Shown one piece after another: positions 43,224-53,799 of a stretch of 64,000 bases of DNA (its first letter is position 1; every line of letters starts with the position of its first letter). The notes below the pieces were generated by a model. That model ran no database searches. It saw only the letters and a list, made by a program, of their open reading frames with translations, and was not told the origin of the DNA. The position numbers were made by a program, and so were the translations under genes. The stretch covers positions 1,696,001-1,760,000 of the forward strand of contig CAWBKB010000001.1 of assembly GCA_963789265.1 (NCBI GenBank), read 5' to 3'. The stretch is from an uncultured delta proteobacterium. Its GTDB lineage: Bacteria; Desulfobacterota; Desulfomonilia; Desulfomonilales; Desulfomonilaceae.

Positions 43224-44531
43224 TCAGAAGACATGCTGTTTCCCTCGCACTACGGTTCCAGTGACTCTCGCTGGAAGAGGCACGCCATCGAAGGGAGACC
43301 ATCCGCAGAGGGTCTTTAACGCGCCTCTCCCTTTGATCTGACTTCCTTCCACCAGCGTGGAGTTTCTCATATCGAGAATGGTTAGCGACGCGGCGTATCC
43401 CGCACCTATCTTACCTTGTGGCAGGTCCAGATCTTGATGAAATAGCCCGGCCGGGGCTGTCGAAAGAACCTCGGCCACACGCACCGGCGAGAATCCGCGC
43501 TGGTTCATAAGCCATCCAGCGAACGGGCCCAGCGTGTCCAGGTGCGGCATACCGGGAGATCCATTCCTTTTGTCGTCCATTGTGTGCGGAGCATGATCCG
43601 AGGCCAGCACATCAATCACGCCTTGTTTGAGAGCATCCAGAAGGAAGCGTCGATCACTTTCCGGACGCAAGGGCGGATTACATTCCAGTAGCGCCGATGC
43701 GGAAACATCTTGTTCTCCCGCCGCAAAGATTTTCCCATCTTGGACGCTGAAGAACAGGTGGTGCGGCGTAACCTCGCAGGTCACGCGGTCTTCGGACGTT
43801 CGGTTATAGTCTCGAATCAGAGACACGGCTCTTTCCGTAGAGACATGGCAGATATGGGTGTGTAGTCCGAACTTGGCCGTGATTTCAAGGATTTTTTCCA
43901 CCGCCCTTATTTCGGCCTCCGGGGGTCTGGTTTTCCATCTCGGCCCGGGCCCTGGGGCATGTCTCAGTATTTCCGGGTCCTCAGCATGAAAAAAAACCCG
44001 GCACTTATTGTACCGGGCCAGGACGTTTTCCAGATCGCCCCACGACGTGAAGGACACCGGGGAAGGGGCCGCATCAAGATAGACCTTGTACGGTATGTCT
44101 TGCCACGGTTCGGAACGTTCGGTTACGGCCGCGAATAAGATGACCGGACAGATAGATGAAGCCGAGAGCTCTTTCTTCCGAGCGTACGCCTGGGCATTGT
44201 CCGGCGGCATCGGGTCATTCGGCATGGCCGCGAATAGAGTCACGCCGCCGTTGATTGCAGCCTCACCCGCGCTTCGGAATGTTTCCTTTCGGCAGGCCAC
44301 TTCCCATTGTGCCATAGCCTGTGGGTTGGAGGGATCTGGTCGAGAATATTCTCTCGCGTGAACGTGAATATCAATGAAACCGGGAAAGATGAGATCGCCT
44401 ATCTCTTCATCCTTGTCCAATTCCTCTACGGACCGTATAGAGCCGCCCTTAGTGTCGAGAGAAATTTCAGCCCAGCGGACACCATCGGCAAATACTGTTC
44501 GGCCTGAAATGAGAGATTCCATTGTCTCCAC
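43224..44531 (-). CDS. pyrC: Dihydroorotase (amidohydrolase)
   Basis: DIHVHARE, MPN, HAED, HICHVS, EVTPHHL, NPPLR and SDHAPH motifs; next to pyrBI. Confidence 0.85.
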   Translation of the reverse strand: METMESLISGRTVFADGVRWAEISLDTKGGSIRSVEELDKDEEIGDLIFPGFIDIHVHAREYSRPDPSNPQAMAQWEVACRKETFRSAGEAAINGGVTLFAAMPNDPMPPDNAQAYARKKELSASSICPVILFAAVTERSEPWQDIPYKVYLDAAPSPVSFTSWGDLENVLARYNKCRVFFHAEDPEILRHAPGPGPRWKTRPPEAEIRAVEKILEITAKFGLHTHICHVSTERAVSLIRDYNRTSEDRVTCEVTPHHLFFSVQDGKIFAAGEQDVSASALLECNPPLRPESDRRFLLDALKQGVIDVLASDHAPHTMDDKRNGSPGMPHLDTLGPFAGWLMNQRGFSPVRVAEVLSTAPAGLFHQDLDLPQGKIGAGYAASLTILDMRNSTLVEGSQIKGRGALKTLCGWSPFDGVPLPARVTGTVVRGKQHVF

Positions 44532-44598
44532 ATCCGTTCATGGCCGGCTCAACGCCCCGGATTAGCCGTAAACGAGAACGCACAAACCATTAGGCCGC

Positions 44599-45204
44599 TT
44601 ATTGACCTTCGGCTGCCGGAATTGTGGCATTAACGAGGGCTGCCACGTCACGAAAGAATTTGTCGAAAGAGGGACACCGCTCGCGGCAGAGCGAGAGATC
44701 CATGCGGCTCGCAAACTCTGATTGGTGCACTGACGGCGTATATTTCATACCCTGGCAAAAGCGCTTGAGCGTTCCCTTCCCACCCAAATTCTCGGGATTG
44801 TCCGGCGTTGCCGCGTCGACTGGTATGCCCATGAATCCTCTGAAAGACTCCAGGCACCCCAGAAACCACGCCTCGAATTCCTTCTTGGCCAGGACCACCG
44901 CTACGGGCAACTGAGCGGCCTGTTTCGCACGCCTGAGCAGCTCCGGCTCCAATTTCGCCGGGCAATCTTTGTCAGCATCGAGAAGGACCAGAATAGCTCC
45001 CACATTCTTTCTTGTCCTCATCGCAAGTTCGATGGCCTTTTCCAGCTCACCCTCATTGACAATCTTGTGGCGTTTTTGTCTGATAGGTTTTTGATCCGGG
45101 TACACTGTGTACACCTTCATAAACCGTAAGATTCTACTTAGCAGAACCGGAACAGACTTCACTTCGCCGTGCCCCTCGACAATTGCTACAATCGAGCGGC
45201 TCAT
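44599..45204 (-). CDS. DUF4276-like (TOPRIM-related) protein
   Basis: IVEGHGE..LLDAD..EFEAWFL..NPE..CPSFDKF; 5 nt downstream of the AAA gene. Confidence 0.8.
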   Translation of the reverse strand: MSRSIVAIVEGHGEVKSVPVLLSRILRFMKVYTVYPDQKPIRQKRHKIVNEGELEKAIELAMRTRKNVGAILVLLDADKDCPAKLEPELLRRAKQAAQLPVAVVLAKKEFEAWFLGCLESFRGFMGIPVDAATPDNPENLGGKGTLKRFCQGMKYTPSVHQSEFASRMDLSLCRERCPSFDKFFRDVAALVNATIPAAEGQ

Positions 45205-45209
45205 CGTTA

Positions 45210-46442
45210 TCAAACCGTTTTGTCGACAAGAGATTCATCGGATGACCGAGGACCATGAGGTGAAATTTCCGGTGCCTCGTCGTCAGGGCGTATCTCATTC
45301 ATTTTCAGGAGTTCCCCGGGAGAGTACAAGCGCTCTCGTATAACGTCGCGGCTCGATTCAGAAAGGGGGGCAATGACGGTCTGCCCTTTCTTCAAATAAA
45401 CCATGCGAATCTGAGAATCTTCTAACTCCTTTTGGTCAAGGATTTCGGGGCTATGGGTAGTTATCAAAACCTGTTTTTCATTGGAGGCTCCCATAAGGAT
45501 CTCCATGATCATTTCAAGCAGGGCAGGGTGGACCGTAGCCTCCGGTTCCTCGATGCCCACAACCTTTGGCAACGGCTGCAGCACAGAGAGGGCTAAACCC
45601 AATACTCTCAAGGTACCGTCTGACATGTCCAGGGCATCAAATTCCACAGGCTCTGTCAAACCGATATCTTGGAAAAATAACAGCTTCTCTTTATTGTCAA
45701 CTGACTTAGTAGCTACCCTATGGATCCCTGGACAGGCTTCGGCAAGAATTTTGTTCAAAAACTGAACTACAGGAGGGTACAACCGGCTCCCTCTTTCATT
45801 GATTTGTTTCAAGACCGATGTTGCATTGCTCCCATCCCGTTTAAGAAGTAACCCCGAATCGGGAATTTGAAATTCGCGCAAACTCCTGGGCTCGATAGCG
45901 TAAACCCGCATAAAATCCAGGAAAAACCAGAGCTGTTGGAACTCTTCCACTCCGGCCACCAGCCGTAAGGCTAGATTGTTTGCTGAAATATGAGGTTTGA
46001 TGCCTGGGACAGATGTCGTGAACTGGCCTCTGTCCATCAGAAATTCGGATCTGCTCCCGCCGGGGCCTTCTATGATGCAAGACTCGTACGCCACGGAGAA
46101 AGGTCGTGAAATGTCTTCGACCCAAGTATCTATTTCAAACGTATATTCGGCGGTAACATCGGATGCTAGCTCAATTGAAAGACTGAATCTTATGCCAGGA
46201 TAAGGCGCACCGGACGTAAGGTCTTTCGCGCGATTCATGACGTGCGCCCAACCACCCCTTCGATTCAGAGCCACCTCCACAGAATCGGCCAGGCATTCTT
46301 GGACAAAAGCAAGCGCATCAATGAAGTTGCTCTTTCCTGACCCGTTGGTTCCAACGAAGACTGTAAATGGTTCAAGATCGACTCTAACGTCGGACAGACT
46401 TTTGAAGTTCAATATTTCAACCGACTTTATGCGGGGAATCAT
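45210..46442 (-). CDS. AAA_21/ABC-type ATPase
   Basis: NFKS, GTNGSGKSN, MSDGTLR, IEEPEATVHP and ITTHSP motifs. Confidence 0.9.
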   Translation of the reverse strand: MIPRIKSVEILNFKSLSDVRVDLEPFTVFVGTNGSGKSNFIDALAFVQECLADSVEVALNRRGGWAHVMNRAKDLTSGAPYPGIRFSLSIELASDVTAEYTFEIDTWVEDISRPFSVAYESCIIEGPGGSRSEFLMDRGQFTTSVPGIKPHISANNLALRLVAGVEEFQQLWFFLDFMRVYAIEPRSLREFQIPDSGLLLKRDGSNATSVLKQINERGSRLYPPVVQFLNKILAEACPGIHRVATKSVDNKEKLLFFQDIGLTEPVEFDALDMSDGTLRVLGLALSVLQPLPKVVGIEEPEATVHPALLEMIMEILMGASNEKQVLITTHSPEILDQKELEDSQIRMVYLKKGQTVIAPLSESSRDVIRERLYSPGELLKMNEIRPDDEAPEISPHGPRSSDESLVDKTV

Positions 46443-46553
46443 ACAAACCACTCCATGAACTTATCCGTCGTGCTCAGACCTTGAGCCTTCTCAGGCAAGA
46501 TTATGCTTCTCCCGCGGTTGTGCAAGCTTTTCCGCGACCCGTGGAAACAGTAC

Positions 46554-47083
46554 TTAGGATTTCTCTTCCATAGCCTGGATGATTGTCCGGCAGAAGGCGG
46601 GCAAGTCATCAGGCTTCCGAGATGTTATGAGGTTGCCGTCCCGGACCATCTCGGAGTCTTCCCATTTGGCCCCTGCATGGATCATGTCATCCTTGATGGC
46701 AACATACGAAGTGGCTTTCTTCCCTTTGAGTATTCCCGCGCTGGCCAACATCCAACCTGCATGGCAGATCGCTGCCACTACTTTGCCTTTGTTGAATGCG
46801 TCCCGGACAAGACCCACCATTGCCGCGTGCAAGCGCATCCTGTCCGGAGCGTATCCGCCAGAGGGATCACGACCGCATCGAAATCATCCGCGGTCACTTC
46901 AGATGCCGATTTGTCGACCTGCACAGGGATACCGTACTTGCTGTGATAGACGGATGCAGATCCGGAGCCGACAACAGTAACGTTCACCCCTTCTTCCTTC
47001 AATCTGTAGTAAGGTATCCAGAGTTCGAAATCGTTGTAATTGTCCTCAGCGAGCAAAGCGGCCTTTTTACCTTTCAATTTCAT
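46554..47083 (-). CDS. PfpI/DJ-1 family protein; 2-nt insertion at ~46861
   Basis: Removing CT restores VVIP-GGYAPDRMR; AICHAG and TSRKPDDLPAF motifs. Confidence 0.88.
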
Positions 47084-47181
47084 TATCTTTTCCCCCTATT
47101 TGGTTTTTGCACAATTAGTTTCTGATTGGATCGGTAGCAACCTTCCCCCGGGAATTTCTCCGGAGACCTGTTCCATTGACT

Positions 47182-47538
47182 CTAGGTGGGAGAGTCTTCG
47201 ACCTCCAGCGAGGCTATCCGCATTTCATCACGACCTTGGAGAATCTGGAGAGATGCTGAAGAGCAGACCGGGCAGAAGGGCTGATAAACTTCCAGTTCGA
47301 ACTCTTTGCCGCACTCGAAGCAGTAAACCTTGATGGGGACGATGCTTATGTCCACCTCAGCCCCTTCGGCGATACCGCCCTTGGAAAGCACTTCAAACCC
47401 GAAAGTTATGGCTGCGGGCATTACACCTGTAAGCGCGCCGAATTCCAGGTTTATTTTTAAAATCCTTTTCGCGTTGTGGAGTTTGGCCTGCTGCTCCAGT
47501 ATATCTATGATGTTTTGTACTATGGCCATTTCGTGCAT
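47182..47538 (-). CDS. hypA: Hydrogenase nickel chaperone HypA
   Basis: MHE N-terminus, CFEC and CPVC zinc motifs. Confidence 0.93.
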   Translation of the reverse strand: MHEMAIVQNIIDILEQQAKLHNAKRILKINLEFGALTGVMPAAITFGFEVLSKGGIAEGAEVDISIVPIKVYCFECGKEFELEVYQPFCPVCSSASLQILQGRDEMRIASLEVEDSPT

Positions 47539-47601
47539 GAATCGGTACCTCAACAATTTATGAAAGCTATCATTAAGGATTAGTTCCGAGTATTTCAGTT
47601 T

Positions 47602-47979
47602 TCAGCTTGGCTGCCTTACCCATGCAGGAAGCTGCCACTGCACCGATCTGTTTATCTCCTGGAACCAGCCCTCACCCGTCAAGTCTATGAAAGTACGGTA
47701 TGTATTCTGAATGTTGCTGTTGCTGTAAATGCTAAAGGCTACGTTTCTTCCACGATATGAATAGACCGTAACCATTTGGCCGCCCGGACCCGAATAAAAA
47801 TCCATAGTGGTTTGCTTGCCCGGGATGTCAGGCGCGTGATTGGAGCTGCTTGTGGTCAGGTGTTTGAACGATCTGAGGTCGGGAAGTCGATATTTTTGCG
47901 GCGCTTGCTGAGCAGAGGCCAACACAGCCAGAGACAAGAAGGCAGTAATTCCGCAAAGGATAGCACAGATTCTCGCCAT
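47602..47979 (-). CDS. Hypothetical exported protein
   Basis: Signal peptide ending ASA-QQ. Confidence 0.65.
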   Translation of the reverse strand: MARICAILCGITAFLSLAVLASAQQAPQKYRLPDLRSFKHLTTSSSNHAPDIPGKQTTMDFYSGPGGQMVTVYSYRGRNVAFSIYSNSNIQNTYRTFIDLTGEGWFQEINRSVQWQLPAWVRQPS

Positions 47980-48542
47980 AAGATACAGATCCTTTCAGTC
48001 CTCGTAACCGTTCAGCGGGCAATCAGGATTCACCGCAGAGTGCGCCGAGAACGCAGAGAGAAAAAATGGCTTCCGCAAGCCCACATAAGTAGCGGGGCTA
48101 CTCAGTCAGGCCGGTAGCACCTTCAGTGCCAGAGACCGGAATCCCCTGCGTCTCACCTGGGAGAATGGCACAGAAAACAGAACCCTTAGTGATCTCTGCG
48201 ATCTCCGCGGTGAACGATTACCAGTCCTCTTATGTGTGTTCAAATGGGGTCTATACCAGATTTCGATTCCTTGAACAACACGGACAACCCGCTAACTGTA
48301 CGCACCCAGTTTTCAACGGGTGTAATTGTCATTGCAATAGTTGGCAAGGAGGTCGTCGGTTGCGGTGCGCCTGAAATCGTTCCAAACAATCTTGCGAAGA
48401 TCACTATGGCAGATAGGATTCCGTTCGCCGAAATCAAGACCCGTACGGGAACATCCTGTTCGCGACATTCAAGGAACAATTGACAGAGCATTCGGATTGC
48501 TTCAAGATTGTGTTCTGACTCCAATTTCGAACCAAGTGGAAG

Positions 48543-49049
48543 ATGACTATGACCTTCGACGGCATGGGCGGAGATGAGTTGCGAGAGTACCTTGATTTTC
48601 TTATGTGGAATTATCGTGTGGTAGACGCTTTTTGGTACATTTATATAGAGCAAACATACGGTTCGGATACGGCCAACCATTTCAATGAAAAGGTTTGGGA
48701 CCGCGTGGCTGGTCTCTCGGCAAGGGATATTATCAAGAGGTTCAACATAACCGAACCGGGTCTCGGCGGCTTTGTGAAAGCTCTGAAATACTTTCCCTGG
48801 ACGATGCTAGTGGGTTACCACATTGAACAAACACCCCGGGAAGTGATCGTCACCGTGCCGGAGTGCCCGACTCAAATGGCCCGCCTGCGTCGGGACCAGG
48901 GCGAGTACCATTGCAAAGAGATGCACCGCGGCGAATTCATAAGCTTTGCGCGGGAAATAGATCCGAACATCAAAGTGGAATGCGTTCATGCACCACCTGA
49001 TCCACATCCGGCGGATAGATTTTGTAGGTGGAGGTTCACCACCTCGTGA
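48543..49049 (+). CDS. DUF6125-like (V4R-related) protein
   Basis: [39 protein letters not shown] pattern. Confidence 0.7.
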   Translation: MTMTFDGMGGDELREYLDFLMWNYRVVDAFWYIYIEQTYGSDTANHFNEKVWDRVAGLSARDIIKRFNITEPGLGGFVKALKYFPWTMLVGYHIEQTPREVIVTVPECPTQMARLRRDQGEYHCKEMHRGEFISFAREIDPNIKVECVHAPPDPHPADRFCRWRFTTS

Positions 49050-49225
49050 ACCATTCCAAGCTTTAAGCAGAGTGGAAACCACCAGGCTCTTGCCGGGATG
49101 AGCGTGGATTCTTGACAGGCATCTTTTCGGAATGGTACCTTGCTAGGGGAAAGGCTCTCAGCTAACCCTCGGTCAAGGATGCAGACCCAGACTTAATTCC
49201 ACCCTCCGTACGACGGTGACAGCTC

Positions 49226-50752
49226 ATGTCCAAGGAAATTGAGGCCAAAGTTCTGGTCGCATTGTTGGATGACCGATACCTTCTCAGTCGGGTCCTTAGT
49301 GACGGTTTTGTGCCCGACGTGTTCAAAGACAGCAGTTTCCGAATCATCTTCAAGACTGTGTACGAGATGATTCAAATCCCCGGCCAAGTTATTGATTGGA
49401 TCACCATAGAGAATACTATCAAGCGAAAAGAGTGGCACACGCCGGAGGTGGCACAAGCCATTGCCAAGTTGAGAAGCGATGAAGCCCCTGAAGCCGATCA
49501 ATTGATGGCCTATGTCGATATTCTCAAAGACCGCAACCTTCGTGACAAAATGATGAAATTGTCGCAGGTGATGGCCGACTATTGCATGCATAAGGGGCAG
49601 TACAAGGACCAGGATTTCGTCGATTTTAGCAGCCGCACGATTCAGACCCTTATCGAATTGCAAAAACAAAAAGTAAAAAAGCGCATCAGCCCGGTGAAAG
49701 AAACCATCCGTGAGATTCAGAATCTAACCGACCGCAGCAAGACGGAATCCAACAGGCTTCTAGGATTTTCCATCGCCCCGTTCGATAGACTGGAGCACGT
49801 TCTTTCCGGCGTTCGAAAGGGATTCTACTACGGGCTGGCGGGACCCCCTCGCCGGGGCAAGACAACCCTGGCCCTGGACATAGCTTCGCGGCTCGCGGAA
49901 AGAAACGACTTCCCCGTGTTGTTCTACACCTGGGAACAGACAAGACGTACTCTCGCGGCCCGACTGCTCGGCCGGGAATGCTACATAAACCCGGTGAAGC
50001 TCCTGACCGAGGTTTCTCCCGAAGAGAAACAGCGTCACTCTCTGGTAACCAAGGTGATTGAGCGGTCTGCCTCATACAGCAGCAACTTGTTTGTGATCGA
50101 AGCCGGGCGACAGGACACCATCGAGCGGATCAAGGCTCAGGCTTACAATGTCATGCACGAATATCGGTCGAATGACATTGCCATTTTTTTCGACTACTTG
50201 CAAAAAATCCCGCTTGGCAGACAATATGAAGATATAAGGAGCCAGGTGAATGAGGCATCGGCTCAATTGGCCGACCTTAGCCTCGAACTGAACTGCCCGG
50301 TGTTGGCCATCTCCGCAATGGATAAGGAAGGGTGCAAGCTGGATGAGAAGCCCCCTTCTTATGACGAATTCTCTACCACTTACTTCGCCAGACCAACGAT
50401 GCACAACTGCGTCGGAGGCGGCGACTTGGAATACGACCTGGATGTGGCGATGATACTTTCGAAGGATTGGGTTGCAACAAAGAATCTCCATGACCGCCTC
50501 AGTTTAAAAGACAAAGACAAGAAGGCTCCGGATCTTCCTCAGATAGATATCATCAATCTTCACGTGGACAAGAACCGAGATTCAGCGGGTGAGACTTCGC
50601 CCACAATTCAGTATGCTTTCTTCATTAACATCAACAAATTCGTGGAAGTGGGTTTCAAAACTGAAGAAGAATATTCCAAGGAATTCAAAGGATTCGCGAA
50701 GGCCGAAGACATGTTCGGCACACTTTTGGACACAGGGATCTTTAAGCTGTAG
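49226..50752 (+). CDS. Divergent DnaB-like (SF4) helicase
   Basis: DnaB-like N-terminus, Walker A AGPPRRGKT, FFDYLQ, LEYDLDV and DKNR motifs. Confidence 0.75.
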   Translation: MSKEIEAKVLVALLDDRYLLSRVLSDGFVPDVFKDSSFRIIFKTVYEMIQIPGQVIDWITIENTIKRKEWHTPEVAQAIAKLRSDEAPEADQLMAYVDILKDRNLRDKMMKLSQVMADYCMHKGQYKDQDFVDFSSRTIQTLIELQKQKVKKRISPVKETIREIQNLTDRSKTESNRLLGFSIAPFDRLEHVLSGVRKGFYYGLAGPPRRGKTTLALDIASRLAERNDFPVLFYTWEQTRRTLAARLLGRECYINPVKLLTEVSPEEKQRHSLVTKVIERSASYSSNLFVIEAGRQDTIERIKAQAYNVMHEYRSNDIAIFFDYLQKIPLGRQYEDIRSQVNEASAQLADLSLELNCPVLAISAMDKEGCKLDEKPPSYDEFSTTYFARPTMHNCVGGGDLEYDLDVAMILSKDWVATKNLHDRLSLKDKDKKAPDLPQIDIINLHVDKNRDSAGETSPTIQYAFFININKFVEVGFKTEEEYSKEFKGFAKAEDMFGTLLDTGIFKL

Positions 50753-50819
50753 AATCCTCTCGTATAAGTGACGCCGGCAATAGCGAACTTTGGAAACCCG
50801 CCCGAAAGAAAAATCTTCC

Positions 50820-51539
50820 ATGTACTTGAAAGAAATACGAATAAACGGCTCCGAATTTCCCATCCGCGATCGATTCCCTTTCGACATCGCAGCCTTTCAG
50901 AAAACCTGCGAAGTTGAGATTTCCTCCCCGGTGGCATTCTTTGTGGGCGAAAACGGAACCGGCAAATCTGCTCTGCTGGACGCGATAGCTCGCAGAAGCG
51001 GCTTTCTTCCCTGGGGCGGGAGCAAGATTCATCGAGTTCATAAGAACCCTTACGAGACGCAGCTCGCCAACCACATTGAGCTGATGTTCGGGCCAAGGCA
51101 TCGTTACGGGTTCCATTTTCGTGCCGAGGCCTTTTTCAACTTCGCTTCCTCCCTCGATGACATTATTCTTGACGATCCCGCCCGCGATAAGTATTACGGC
51201 GGTGGGTCATTGAATGCGCTCTCCCACGGAGAATCGTTCCTCTCCTTTTTCAAGGGCTACAGCTTTCAACTGGATGGATTGTATCTTCTCGATGAGCCGG
51301 AAGCGGCGCTTTCGCCGCAGAACCAGGCAGAGTTCGTGCGCATCATTCACGAGTCCGCTATTTCGGGAAACAGGCAGTATATCATTGCCACGCATTCCCC
51401 GATCATCTTAGGCTGTCCGGGCGGACAGATCTTCAGTTTTGACTCTCCGCCCATACGGCCTATTGAGTACCGAGAGACGGCTTCTTACTTGTTTTACAAG
51501 CAATTTTTAGCTGACCCGGACCACTTTTTTCGGCGCTGA
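50820..51539 (+). CDS. Stand-alone ABC/AAA-family ATPase
   Basis: GENGTGKS, RAEAFF, LSHGESF, LLDEPEAALSP and ATHSPI motifs. Confidence 0.9.
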   Translation: MYLKEIRINGSEFPIRDRFPFDIAAFQKTCEVEISSPVAFFVGENGTGKSALLDAIARRSGFLPWGGSKIHRVHKNPYETQLANHIELMFGPRHRYGFHFRAEAFFNFASSLDDIILDDPARDKYYGGGSLNALSHGESFLSFFKGYSFQLDGLYLLDEPEAALSPQNQAEFVRIIHESAISGNRQYIIATHSPIILGCPGGQIFSFDSPPIRPIEYRETASYLFYKQFLADPDHFFRR

Positions 51540-51644
51540 CTACTGAGTTCCGAAATTTGTGGGCTGGGGCAATCATATCAAGTTCGCGTCAAAAGTTGAC
51601 AGCCTGTGGCATTATCTCTCTCAGGGGCTCGCAAGGTGTTCGCG

Positions 51645-52788
51645 ATGAAGTCCCTCAACCGGCAGGATAAGGTCCGCTCTACCGGACACAACGGCATGAT
51701 GGACGCTTCGATCGTCAGCGACGTTCTGGAAAGCATGAGTGACAGCCTTCTGGTGATAGGCCGAGAAGGGGAGATCCTCTATGCCAACCGCGTTACCCGC
51801 GAGATCTTGGGATACTCGTTCGAAGATCTGCAAGACAGGGGCTTGGAAGCCCTGATCTCGGATGAGCAAAATTTTGACTTTAATCAGATTCTTTGGAGCG
51901 CTGTGCAGAATCAGAGTGTCAACTATTACTCAGAAGTGGACTATCGCCATCCGGACGGCTCAATCAAAAGACTGACCGCCACCACTACTTACTTCGTCAC
52001 TGAAGGCGATCGCGAAAGCACACTTAGAGGTTTTGTAGCCCTATTCAAAGACATCACCGAGGTATTTAGACTCCGACGGAAAGAGCAGGAGCTGATTCAG
52101 GAAAAGCAAAGAATTGATCGAGAAAGAATAAGAAGCCTTCACAAACTGGCCATGGGAGTAGCTCATGAGATCAGAAAACCCCATGGTCAGTATCGGCGGC
52201 TTTGCAGCGCGAATCGCGCGAGATGAACGAAATTCTGAAGAGACCAGACGATACGCTCAGAATATTGTCGAAGAAGCCAGAAGACTTGAAATCGTCGTAG
52301 ATGAAATTCAGCAATACTGCAACTTGCCTCAAATCAGAGCACTTACAGGGGAAATATCAGTAGTTGTGGGGCAGGTGGTGTCCCAAATGAGGCCAGTCGG
52401 GCTTGAAAAAAAGGTTAGGATCGAATTTCATGACTCTCTTCCCGCTCACCATGAGATGACTTTCGATCCCTTCTTGATCAGGATGGCAGCACGCCATCTG
52501 CTTGCCAATGCCATCGAGTTTTCATCTGGCGGCGGCCTGATCGAGGTCTCTCTCTATTCGGCCGATCAAGGAATCGTTTTGGAGGTAAAAGATTCAGGAG
52601 TTGGCATCTCGGACCTAGACCGTGAGTATATCTTTGACCCGTTCTTCTCGACACGGGCTCATGGTTCGGGAATGGGACTGGCCATAGTAGAGAGAATAGT
52701 CCGCGAACACATGGGAAGGATTGAAGTTGAGTCCAAGCCCGGCATGGGCACAATGTTTCGCATGGTGCTCCCTCCGGTGCTGAACTGA
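51645..52788 (+). CDS. PAS sensor histidine kinase; 1-nt frameshift at 52175-52178
   Basis: Removing one A restores the H-box AHEIRNPMVSIGGF; NAIEF, DSGVG and GSGMGL motifs; start uncertain. Confidence 0.88.
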
Positions 52789-52919
52789 ATGCTTCCGTGC
52801 AAGCCAAACTTCTTTGTCCCTCGAAATCGTTAGGCACCGCCGGCATAGAATGTCTGTATGAGAAGACGTTCTGCCGCGTTTCCGGTGAGAATCCTTCTAA
52901 TGGATACTTAGTTTGTTTA

Positions 52920-53717
52920 TCACCTTTCCAAAAAGTCCAGAACGTCTGCATTCAATCTCTCGGAGGCTTCAATCGGCGGCAAGTGGCCGATATTTGGATA
53001 GGTCAATAGTTGAGCGGTTCCGATCTGTCGGCCCAGATATTGGCCGTTGCCGTACGGAATAAGCGGATCAGCATCTCCATGAACAACCAGCACGGGGACA
53101 CTTATATCCTTGAGCCTATCCCCGACACCCTGCCACGTCATTACCGCTGCGAGTTGTCGCTGATAGGATTCCATCGACATAGGTTTGGACGTCTCGCGAG
53201 AAACGATCTGATTCAGGTCTTCGGGATGGGAATCCATATATCCCTGCGCTGTAAAAAAAGGATAAATACGGCGAAGCCGCGTTTCAAGATCTTCATTCTC
53301 GGTGGGCATGAGCAGGGTCTCTATTTCCGGGGCAGCTCTTACAAAATTCGGTCCGCCGGCGGTCGTGGCCACTAGGATCAATCGTTCCACCAAGTCGGGA
53401 TGACGCAGGATCAATTCCTGAGAAATGAAGCCACCCATGGACCAGCCCATCACATAAGCCGGTCCGAGATTGAGGTTCCGAATCAAGCTCGCCGCGTCGT
53501 CAGCCATATCCGGTATTCCGTACGGCCCAGTGCCAGGCGCACTCTCGCCCGCGTCGCGGTTGTCCATGTTGATCACGCGATACTTTTGGGCGAGTGGCTC
53601 AATTTGCTTCCACCAGACCAATCGCGAGTTGCTAAGTCCGGGGATGAGCAGCAGCGGGCGACCCTCACCGTATTCGTCATAATAGACACTATGCGATCCA
53701 GCTTGCGTAATGGGCAT
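52920..53717 (-). CDS. Alpha/beta-fold hydrolase
   Basis: GWSMGG nucleophile elbow, GDADPL, GHL. Confidence 0.9.
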   Translation of the reverse strand: MPITQAGSHSVYYDEYGEGRPLLLIPGLSNSRLVWWKQIEPLAQKYRVINMDNRDAGESAPGTGPYGIPDMADDAASLIRNLNLGPAYVMGWSMGGFISQELILRHPDLVERLILVATTAGGPNFVRAAPEIETLLMPTENEDLETRLRRIYPFFTAQGYMDSHPEDLNQIVSRETSKPMSMESYQRQLAAVMTWQGVGDRLKDISVPVLVVHGDADPLIPYGNGQYLGRQIGTAQLLTYPNIGHLPPIEASERLNADVLDFLER

Positions 53718-53799
53718 ATCGTCTCCTTTGCTCAGGCCGCGGCCCTAAAACTCGGCCTGGTCGACATTTAGGTGTATCCGCGGATGCCCATGCAACGCT

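Noticed and set aside
48232..48500. Possible small gene between inverted CTCTGCG repeats and the DUF6125-like gene
   Set aside because: No frame gives a recognisable protein or a convincing RBS.
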